A DNA stretch of 64,000 bases, taken from the NCBI GenBank assembly GCA_964252035.1, contig OZ176208.1, one strand, 5' to 3'. A model generated the notes under the pieces. It did not search any database, was not told the origin of the DNA, and saw nothing but the letters and a program-made list of their open reading frames with translations. The stretch's first letter is position 1. The number at the start of each line of letters is the position of its first letter. The stretch comes from Podarcis erhardii (Eukaryota). Both the position numbers and the translations under genes were made by a program. Of the stretch, positions 50,416 through 60,574 are shown one piece after another.

Positions 50416-51519
50416 CTTCAGAATAAAGTATCTTCATTAGCACTGTCTAATGTATTGGGGTGGGGGTGGGTGGGGAGAGGAAGCATCTTTAAGTCAAGTA
50501 CTTAAGTCAAGATGCTTAAGTACAGGGCTGAAGAACAAAACTCTTAAGGAATTATGGCTGCTCATCTTAGCAGATCTTGCGCAGGAAAATTATGGCCTGG
50601 ATTCAAAGACTGTTGCAACTGGTTCCATGTACCCAAAAGAGCCTGTGTCGCCCACACAAGCCTGTGATAAACCTTCTTTCAATCTGGGGGAGTTTCAAAA
50701 ATAGTTTGTGCTACAGCATGAAGATCAGATAAATCACAAGAGAACAAGTGAGAAATAAAAAAATTCCACTGGACATGTTTGATGAATGAGCATAAAGTAA
50801 CTCTCTGAATGCCAAAAATGTTTGTATTATTTTGCTGCAGCCTACATAAGATTTTCTGTAAAGCATACTTCTTCAATGTGGGAGAGGGACAGAAACTGAA
50901 AATTATAGTATGGTGAACTTTTGAAAAGTTTGAACATCTAGGTTTCTACCAGAACAAAAGCAAAACAAACTCATATGGTGTCCACTGTGGAAAAGCAGTT
51001 CTTCATGGCATCTGGAGCAAAAAGTAAAACACAGATGCCACAGTAATTGTAGTCTCATTAAATGTGATCATCTCCTTTCAGATAATCACGCCAATCTTCA
51101 ACATCAGAAAGGAACAAGGTTACAGAACGATTGTGTCTCTAATTTCGTCTTGCGAGGCACCACTGTAAATTTAAGAATTCCAAGCCATTGAACAAGGACT
51201 GTAATAATCTAGACTAGTCTTCATGCAGACTGTCCTGCACATGAACTGTGTCATTAAAAAAATGCCTCCCACTTGCTAAGAAAATTCTTCTTCAAGTAAA
51301 CAAAACTTAACATACAAATTAAGCAGAGACAGGAATCAAAACCCTTTCTTTTTACAATAGAGCAGGGTGCTCTTAGCTACTTGCTTGAGGCACCAAATAA
51401 TTACTGCTATATATGTGGCAATAATGTATCCCTTTATTTAGGCAAAGAGAACATTGTGGTGTTGTACAGCTAATTATGACTGTATAAATTGCCAAAGAGC
51501 AGGCCAGGTGGGGTAAACC

Positions 51520-51666
51520 CAGTGGCGTAGCGTGGGGGGTGCAAGGGGGGCCGGCTGCACCGGGCGCAACATCTGGGGGTTAGGGTTAGGGGGCGCAAAT
51601 CCACGGGTTAGGGGGCGCAAATTACTCGCCTTGCCCCGGGTGCTGACAACCCACGCTACGCCACTG
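51520..51666. mobile_element. Young hAT-type MITE containing TTAGGG repeats
   Basis: Perfect 17-bp TIR cagtggcgtagcgtggg / cccacgctacgccactg; perfect 8-bp TSD ggtaaacc at 51512-51519 and 51667-51674; CpGs retained. Confidence 0.93.
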
Positions 51667-53483
51667 GGTAAACCACATTCATTTTCACAGCTCCATGCTC
51701 AGAAAAGTCACCAACATACCACTCCAATGCCATCAAGTAGTCTCAGAGAGCAGAGCCAACTGGACTGTTAAAACTCTCCAATCTGGGCATCCATACTATC
51801 ACCAAAAGGCTAATGTATTCCCAAAGATCTCCCCCTATTTGAAGGCAGCAAAGCACAACTAGCCTTCAAATTCTCACCAGATGTTAGTGAAAAGCACCAC
51901 TACCACAGAATTTTAAACCAGGAGCATTCAAAGTCTGCTACTGCAGTGCAGTAGTCGGAGCTCTGAGTTTGAATGTGGAAAGCCAAAGTTCAAATCCAGA
52001 TTTAAATATTAAGTTTGCAAAGTGGCCTTGAAAGTCACTACCTCTTAGAATTGTTGCTAGGCTTAATGCCACCCTGAGGTCCTTTAAAGGATACAATAAA
52101 AAATAAGAGACAAATGAACTAGGAAAAAGCAAACTTCAAATGATTAGTATTACATCAGCCTTGTCTAGATTAAACATCAATTAGGTCTGCTGTACCCAGA
52201 ATTGGAATACTGAACGCTAATAAAGAATGGAAAACTTGGCTGGTGAATCCAATCCAGAATATCTACTCAAATTTACCTGCAGGCATATAGTATGCACATT
52301 GATCAGACATTCTTATTTATATAGTAAAACTAATATTAGACAACTGTGCATAAAAAGCGATTGGTAACTGGTTGCCCTTGGGCTAAAACCTCCTCCACCT
52401 GGCCCCTACTGGCCCAACCTAAATGAAAGTGTTTTAAAGAAAGGGAATTGTATAGTTCCAACTTTCACTTTAAGAAACAAAGAGCTTGCATGAGCTTACA
52501 CATTCTATTCAACTGTACTCACATAGGCATTCTGGAAAAACAAAGCACCCCCATCAATCTTTTTCCAAAAACATATTGGTTCCTTGGCACCAGGAACCTA
52601 CTCATCATTTCTCACCATGTTCCTTAATATAAAGTTTTTACACTCAGGTGTCCACAAATGCAGTTGCCAATGGAGACCTCCTACCATTTATCCAGCACGA
52701 AGCAAGGCTCCTCTCCGCCCCCAAGTTCTCCACACAGCACAGAGATCTCAAGAGGACAGAAAACTCACACACTTCATGCAGGAAAGAGATAAACACCGCA
52801 TTGCCTGTGAGTCCTTCTACATGAATGTATGGCAGGGGAAAGGCAAAATCCCATGTCTAGGTTCTAACGTCAGAATCAATCCATGTTCTTGCTGCTTCCC
52901 AGTATCTTTTAAGGCTAATAAAACTCTCCCTGGAGCTATCCATGCACATCAGAGTGAAAGGGTCAGTGACAGCTGTCTGCCAACACCAGCCAAAATATAT
53001 GTTCCTCTATTCTTACTGCCAGCTTTATAGTTATCTATGAGGGAGTAAATTGCTCTCCCCCCCCCCCAATAATACAGAAGTGGATCATTCCTGATATCAG
53101 TGAGAGAGAAGGGGGCACAAGAGAAGCCATCCATTCAATTGGTTCTGATCATTCTCCAGCATGTTTTCTCACTGGAATACTGCACAGAAAATAAAAACAC
53201 ATTAAACATCGACACTTCCATAAACTAGAAACTCATCTGACTAAAGGGATGCAGCATACAAGGAATTAAAGAACTGCCATAGCAATCATTAGTACATTAG
53301 GCCATCAAGTCACAGGCTTGCAGCAGCAAAGGTAAATTACAGGGTTCTACATGCAGCACATCTGGAGTATACATCAAAACACTTGGGGAAAACAGCTACG
53401 CCCACTTGTACTTAGATTCAGACCTTGGAAATGGTATGGCAAACAGTGATTAGAGTGACTAAGGAAAGTTTACCAACATTCAC

Positions 53484-53552
53484 CTTAAAAAGATTGTATG
53501 TGCCATCTGGAATCTCTGCCCCTGGCGTTACTTCCATAGCAATGTCTTCGGC
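53484..53552 (-). CDS. FIP1L1: FIP1L1 exon, 69 nt, phase 0-0 (symmetric, skippable)
   Basis: taacttag|GCCGAA..TTTAAG|gtgaat; AEDIAMEVTPGAEIPDGTYNLFK. Confidence 0.94.
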
Positions 53553-53842
53553 CTAAGTTAAATAACACATTGCCCATTAAAACACCACATTATGGACTGA
53601 TGGGCTACAATACAACTAACAACAGGTTACAAGCTAGTTGTAGCTTGGTGGTTCCACACTATCAACACAAAGGCCAACAAAGAAATGGAGCAAAACTTCT
53701 GGGTGACAGGAAGAGGAAAAAAGGTAGGTATGTACTTTGAACCACACAAAGACTTCTAACACTCACTGCGGATACAGTGCTATTCCAACTTCAGAAGGAA
53801 AAGCATTTCCATAATTTGGTAATCAGAGAGTCTATTCATTAC

Positions 53843-53973
53843 CGTAATTTTATTTGTCGTTGAGGTAACAGGTAAAATTTCAAGTCCCATTCGTATTCTC
53901 TTTTGTTTTTCACAGTATGCTTTCCAGGTGTCTTCATTAAACCCATAATTGAAATAATCTGAGAGATCAGCAC
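53843..53973 (-). CDS. FIP1L1: FIP1L1 exon, conserved Fip1 domain, 131 nt, phase 1-0
   Basis: tcttcag|GTGCTG..ATTACG|gtaatg; [44 protein letters not shown]. Confidence 0.98.
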
Positions 53974-54548
53974 CTGAAGAGGGATAAAACACAAACAGTC
54001 TAAAAGTTACAACTCAACTGGCAGAGAAGAAGGGAAATACCCCGTCCTCCACTAAGCTGTTGGTTTTTAAGTGAAACATAGCTGAAAACCATTCTAAAAG
54101 GGGGTGTTTTCTACTCCTCTCTGCAGCACGTATTAGCTACCAGCAGTGACAATTAATTAACTGCAGTACCAGGGAGAGGGCACTTGATAATCTAGCAAAG
54201 AACAACTGCAGCAAAGCAGAAAACTCCAAGCAGATGCTCAAGAGACACCTATGCAGTTAAGAGGACTGCTCTGTTGATACGATGATTTAAAAGATGCACA
54301 GGCATATTCTTGTACATGAAAATTCATTTATTTAAGTAAGGGTTTATTCCACATTGATTTATGAAATTAACAACACAACTTCTTATTCATAAATTATGTT
54401 CATTGGGTTCTGAGCAATAGTGATCACCCTACTTTCTAGTTGACTAATGGCTTAAGTTCTAATTTGCTACATCGAAAACCCACATTTTTATACAATCTCA
54501 CTGACAAGCTTCTACAGTGATAAAAATTCAAACAGCAAAATTTGTTAC

Positions 54549-54656
54549 CTGGCTTTCTCCAAGGTTTATCCTCAAAGGAATCCAAATCAACTTCTAATAG
54601 TGGAACACCATTAATACTTCCTGGTGCATCCAGATCAACTCCTTTCACTTTTGCCC
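54549..54656 (-). CDS. FIP1L1: FIP1L1 exon, conserved Fip1 domain, 108 nt, phase 1-1
   Basis: ctttgtag|GGGCAA..CCAG|gtaaca; [36 protein letters not shown]. Confidence 0.98.
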
Positions 54657-55024
54657 CTACAAAGAAGTGTCAAAATATTATCGTAAGAACCATCACACTA
54701 TTAACAATTCTACATCCAGAATTAAAGCATATCTGTGTTTATAAGCCTGACAAATAATTGAAAACAATGAAATAACTACAGATACAGGGGGAAGAAAAAC
54801 ATTCAATAGGTACCCTGGGAACATCTCTCAGGAGAACCTACCTAATATTGTTGAGAAAAAAATTATTGCAATGATATAATTAATAACTTTGCAGTTGTAC
54901 ATAAATGCATTCATTTTCAATGTTTTTCTAATTTCTTGCTGTACAATAATGATTGGGATAGTCAGTACAGAATGCTGATTTTTTTCTTCTATTTTTTATT
55001 TTTGATAGCACAAAAGACGCTTAC

Positions 55025-55086
55025 CAGAAGATCCGTAAGATCGTCCTCCTGTCTTGATATTGAGATTCACTGGGGCTGCTCCATAC
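55025..55086 (-). CDS. FIP1L1: FIP1L1 exon, 62 nt, phase 2-1
   Basis: atttttag|GTATGG..TCTG|gtaagc; GYGAAPVNLNIKTGGRSYGSS. Confidence 0.94.
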
Positions 55087-55610
55087 CTAAAAATTAATGT
55101 TTGTATTATTAAGTGGAAAAAGGAAGGTTGACAGCTGCCAACTTTAGCACCCATTATTTGCACATGAAACAAAGCCTAATATTTTGTAAGCACATTATCC
55201 AAGCCACAAAAAACCCCTCAGAATTTGAGGAACATGCTGGCACCATATTCCCATTTTGAATCATGTGTTTCAAAGCATCTCCAGCATAAGCGCTGACTTT
55301 CAATATTATGAAAAACCAAGATGTTGCATTATAAAACTGTATTATCTAGAATCAGTTGGATTGTGTTACTTTTTAATTAGTCAACCTGGCAAAGTACCGA
55401 AAGGGAAAAAACTTTTTATTTTGAGCTTTGTATGTTACTTATGAAACTGGCTTGATCAAACACATGACCAGATGGTTGAAAAACAAAAAAACAAAAAGTG
55501 TTACAAACTTACATGTTTCCTTGCTACAGTTTGACAAGGGAAGTGAATATTCACTTGCCTGCCTTAGATCAGATTCATTGTGTCATGGAAGTCAGATGCT
55601 GAGCCCGCCA

Positions 55611-55653
55611 GCAACCAAGCAACCAAGCAACCAACCAACCAACCAACCAACCA
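55611..55653. repeat. Compound (AAGC/AACC)n tetranucleotide repeat
   Basis: Seen directly. Confidence 0.9.
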
Positions 55654-55728
55654 GTGATACGGGTTTCCAATGCAAACTAGAGTAATCTGCATAGGATAAT
55701 CTGCCCCACATCACTGCAGACAGCTTAC

Positions 55729-55832
55729 CCATATTGTGGGGCTCCTGTTTTAATATCTCCTATTGTGACCTGAACATCGTCTTCATCGTCATCACTATCA
55801 CTATCACTGTCATCCTCGGCCTCTGTTGCTTT
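55729..55832 (-). CDS. FIP1L1: FIP1L1 acidic exon, 104 nt, phase 0-2
   Basis: tcttgtag|AAAGCA..TATGG|gtaagc; [34 protein letters not shown]. Confidence 0.97.
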
Positions 55833-57197
55833 CTACAAGAAAAAAGATCACAGTTACAAATTACATTCAATGTAAGTAAGTGACCAACAATGGCAGACTA
55901 ACATTTAATAAAGTACTTTCACTATTTTATTTCAAAATAAAAAATAATGTTACTGCTTTTTTGATATCTGGGTAATATTTATATCATTTAAGACTTCCAA
56001 AAAATAAAAAGCTAAGCAGAAAACTGAGTGTTGAGGATAAACACTGACATCTCAAGAGAGAAAGAGGAGGAAATCTGGCTCATTTCACAACCGCAGGACA
56101 TTTTTATATGTACTACTATGGTGCACCACTAAAGGCAATATGGGCTCTGCCACTGACTTACAATGGATGTGGACACAAGCATCCTCACTATTACGGTTTT
56201 CTAACTAGAGCTGCATGAGAAATAACACGATAATAAAAATAAGTCTGAAATACTTGTGCGTATGTCCATAATATCCATTGAAAATACTGGCTGGCATCAA
56301 CCAAAAATGCTATCAAATGCATTAGAAAGCTAACCAGCCACTCCTCCACAAAGTTGGACAAATTACTCACTGATACTGCTAGCTTTGGAAATATTATTTT
56401 AATCTCCCCCCCTTAATTAATAGTACTAATAATCCATGAATCATTCACAGTACAGCCTCAAAAATAAAATGGCACCAATTTATATATCAGACACAAATGC
56501 AATGTAGCACAGTCCTATCAGCATTTTTCCCCAGAGAAAACCAGCTTCAGGCAAGATCCACTATGAGCAGAGATATGACAGGTGAGGAGGGGTTGCTCAG
56601 CCCTTACTCCACCAGATTTATTTTTGCTCCTATGCAACAGAAAAAAACAGGTATTGGGACAAGGGCTAAAATACTACTTATCTACCCAGATGGTCTCTCC
56701 TAAAACTACCATTCTTCACAACAAACAGCCATTGGGGCTGTGTTATGTGCATGTAGTAAGAAGACTGTCTGTATCAGGTAGTTTGTTTTGTTGTTTTTCA
56801 GTAACAAGGCAAGTATTTCAGCATTAGTTAAATGCAATCACATGACTCGGTGAAACAAACAAACTCCTACTGAACTAAATTGTTTTTGCAATCATGTTAA
56901 ATTTATTCATAACGCTGTACCAGTTTTTGACTGATGTTCAACACCATTGTGGAAAAGGGAAAAAAATAGGGAAGAGGACAGTGAAGCTGACTTATTGGAT
57001 GGACTTTCAAAGATGAGCCTAATTCCAGAAGCCGCACTATCAAGCTTTGGATTTTTCAAATCATTTAGCACCTGGGTTGACTTAACTGAATGTTGTGATA
57101 ATAACATCCTGCGAAAAAACACATTGACTTGAGTTCATTAGTCACCACAAGCAGTTTGTTCAGAATCCAAGTACATCAAATAATTGGTTTCAATCAC

Positions 57198-57258
57198 CGT
57201 TTTCACGACACCATTTTCAGCAGCGGCTTCTTCTTCATTTCCAGTTGGAGGTTGAGCA
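57198..57258 (-). CDS. FIP1L1: FIP1L1 exon, 61 nt, phase 2-0
   Basis: tttttaag|TGCTCAA..AAAACG|gtgatt; AQPPTGNEEEAAAENGVVKT. Confidence 0.9.
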
Positions 57259-57508
57259 CTTAAAAATAATCATAATAAAAAACATTAACCAAGCTATGAG
57301 GTGTTAAGATGTATAAGAAAATGAGTTCCACTTAAAATGGGTTATGTACTTGTTGTTATATCATGGATGGATGAAATGGCGTTCCATACAAATCTGTATG
57401 TTTATTTAATACTGCATTAATATCCCATCCTTCCTCAAGGATAGCGTACATGGTCCTTCTGCTTCTGCATAATATTCTCACAGCCCTGCGAGATGGGATA
57501 GGCTGAGA

Positions 57509-57842
57509 AAAAAGGTAAAGGACCCCTCGTCCAGTCAAAGGCGACTATGGGGTTGCAGCCCTCATCTCACAGACAGCTTTCCGGGTCATGTGGCCAGTAT
57601 GACTAAACTGCTTCTGGTGCAACGGAACACCATAATCCAGAGCACACAGAAGCGCCATTTACCTTCCCACCACAGTGGTACAGTACCTATTTATCTACTT
57701 GCACTGGGGTGCTTTTGATCTGCTAGGTTGGCAGGAGCTGGGACAGAGCAACGGGAGCTCACCCCGTTGCAGGGATTTGAACCACCGACCTTCCAACTGG
57801 CAAGCCCAAGAGGCTCAGTGGTTTAGACCACAGCGCCACCAG
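57509..57842 (-). mobile_element. Sauria SINE, older subfamily
   Basis: aaaggtaaaggacccc...gtttagaccacagcgccacc. Confidence 0.9.
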
Positions 57843-57956
57843 TGTGGCTTATTGCATCGTATAGTAGCTCCTCAACACATAATAATAAATTCATGTATTT
57901 TCAACACATTTCACACTCAATGCTACAACGATACACACAAATAAAAGAATACCTAC

Positions 57957-57996
57957 TTGCCAGGTGTTTCTTCAGGTTTCTCATCTTCATTTTCAT
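57957..57996 (-). CDS. FIP1L1: FIP1L1 exon, 40 nt, phase 1-2
   Basis: ctttttgtag|ATGAAAATG..GGCAA|gtaggt; DENEDEKPEETPG; only this donor keeps the frame. Confidence 0.9.
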
Positions 57997-60301
57997 CTAC
58001 AAAAAGCAACAAGAAAAAATACTACCTCAAAATTATCTCTGACTGCAATAGCACAAACAAGAATCCCTCACAAATTTCCAGTTTTCATTTTATACAAAAT
58101 GCACAGATTCCATTTCTAAATATTCCAGCTGCATTTCTCAAACCATGTGTTATCTGCAGTCAGGATTGTCTCCCTTTTTACTAGTCCTTCTACACGTGAA
58201 TTCATAATGGGTTCAAAGTTTTTAAGTTTTATAAGGCTCCAATTCTAAATTGTACCACATAGTTTCCATGTTTATAAGTTTTAACTGAGTGTATTGGTGT
58301 TTAGATTTCAAATCCTATAATAATTACATAAAACACTAAAGATGGTCCCCAAGATTCCAAACTGGGATTACTCACATATATTCAAAGATAAACTTTTTGT
58401 GTACAGAGATTAGTGAAATTTTTGCTTAACTGGAGAAAGTCTTTTATTATTATAATGAAGACAGAATGTTATCCCATTATAACTTACTTCCCCTTACTTC
58501 AAATGTTTTGCTATCAGGAAAAACTTACTTTTCTGAAATCAAGTACAGTAAACCTATCTCACTTCTTAGTGCATCTTAGCTTTACTGTCTTCTTTCTTAC
58601 CTAGCATCTTCTGTACTTTTAAAAAATGCATGACAGGCACAATGTCAACAGGCAAATCTTCTCCCATTGTTTGATTTCCAGGGAAAATGTTATTGGTTAA
58701 ATCTGCATGTTATGAAGCTGTGAAAGTTACAGCACACCTATCACTTGTGTTGCAATTATAATGCAAAACCACTTCTATGGGCAGAATACCAAATAGAGCA
58801 TTCATGTCAAGATGTTCAACAAAATTTCAAAGAATCCAACTTTTGATTCAAATCTCGCCATGGCAGTTCTAAACATAGCTGTTAGAAGGTTATCAACCCT
58901 AAAGCCTTAAGAGTCGCTGTGATATCCACATATATGTATATTTTCCCATCTCTGCTGAAGTGCGTACAGCATTTCCATGTAGGAGGTGGCATAACTTGGG
59001 GTTTCTTGCAGTAGCACAGGCAATTTGTGTAGCACCTGGACACCAAGTTCCAGTGGACAACTCCCCCCACCCCACCAATAACCTATTTATTTGCTTTTGG
59101 TATGGTATTGATTCTGCACCAACAGATGTGAACTGTGTTTTCTTTGTACTTTTTATTTAGTGAGTTGTAACCTGCTTCCTGCCTTTTCCTTACAAGCTGT
59201 AACCTTGTCCCTTAAACACACAGGGACACACACCTCCAGTAAAGCAGCAACCTAGAGGGAGGGCTGTTCTTGTTTTATTATGTATCTTGTGTTTTTATCT
59301 TGTATATTTCTGTTGTGAACTGCCCCTAGATCGATGGAATAAGGGTGGTATACAAATTTAACGAATCAGCCTCAGCATAATGACATACTGTTTGTGCCTT
59401 AACTGTCTACTTTCTCCTTACTATCTTTGTACTGTTTAGAAACAAACTCAATAAATGTGTTTCTGAAAACCTTGGGCTTCCCCATGTCTCTCAGGCAGGC
59501 AAAGGACCAAAACAGGTTGGGGCATTGCTGCTGGCAGCCTTCCAACTCCCCCAGTATTCCTGATTTACCTTACCACTAATAACAACAAAATGTTCAAAAA
59601 TCGCTACGGGTCCAAAGGCCTCGGCCAACTCCAGAGAGAAAGGAAGTGCCTCGATATTGCGGTGGTCGAGTTAAAACGTATTACAAAGCTGGTGGGCGGA
59701 GTATTGAAAAAACAAAACCCAGGGCTATGGAGAGTCAGGGAGGAGTCTCCCACCAAAGCACGAGGCCTGGAACCAGACCGGGACTTGATTTCCTTTCCCT
59801 TTTTCACAAAGACCCAATTCGATTCACAAGGCACCCCAACTACATCCAGGGGGCCCCTCTCGGCTGCTTAAAAAAAAAACCCATATGCACGCGCAAGTTC
59901 AGCGGGGCTTAACTCTTCCCCGGTGAATGTCCGATGGGGCCCGGTGTGCCTATTCGCTTTCCAACCCATGGGGCTCCCAATCCACAGCGGGGCCTACCGA
60001 GCCTCCCTTAAGGAGACGGGCAAACGGCATAAAGGCGGGCAGGGGAAGGTGCCGCGCTGCAAAGGGCAACCCGCCTCCTTCCCAGAGGCCTCCCCGTCCT
60101 CAGGGAGCCCGAAAAGCCGGCCGCGGAAAGAGCAGGCCCGGCCGCGGCCTGGCAACGGACACGCTGCGGGGCAGGGCCTAGCGTTTCCCGCCGGCCGAAA
60201 CCCGAGGAGGGGCAGCATAATGGCGGCGGGGGGAGGTGGAGAGCAGCTTGAAGAAAGGAAAGAGGGTGGTGGGGTGGTGGGGTTTGAGAAACGCTTCGTA
60301 C

Positions 60302-60389
60302 CGCCGTAGAGCCACTCCTCCTCCTCATCCCCGGCGCCGGCCCCGCTCAGGTCCGCCGCCAGCCTCTCCACTTCGCCGCCGGCCGACAT
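60302..60389 (-). CDS. FIP1L1: FIP1L1 first coding exon (pre-mRNA 3'-end processing factor FIP1), 88 nt
   Basis: GCAGCC ATG T Kozak; MSAGGEVERLAADLSGAGAGDEEEEWLYG; donor GCG|gtacga. Confidence 0.97.
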
Positions 60390-60390
60390 G

Positions 60391-60414
60391 GCTGCTGCTG
60401 CTGCTGCTGCTGCT
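60391..60414 (-). repeat. (AGC)8 trinucleotide repeat directly upstream of the FIP1L1 start codon
   Basis: gct x8 on +, abutting the Kozak sequence. Confidence 0.95.
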
Positions 60415-60552
60415 TCTGCACGAGGAAGGCCCGGTCGCGCTTCGCTGAGGCGAGTCCCGCAGTGCGCCCCCCCCCACCCCCAACCTCGACCGCTTTTGAT
60501 TCTTGACGGCGGAAGGAGGAAGGACAACAACAATGGCTGCCGCTGCCGCTGC

Positions 60553-60574
60553 CTCTCTCTCTCTCTCTCTCTCT
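60553..60574 (-). repeat. (AG)11 repeat in the FIP1L1 5' leader region
   Basis: ct x11 on +. Confidence 0.93.

Noticed and set aside
56947-57132. Protein-like ORF (EEDSEADLLDGLSKMSL) as a processed-pseudogene fragment
   Set aside because: No recognisable parent gene, poly(A) tail or TSD; a tBLASTx search would be needed to revive it
58170-58225. Possible remnant of the mammalian 45-nt FIP1L1 exon 2 (..AAGGACTAG)
   Set aside because: Only patchy similarity and no GT donor
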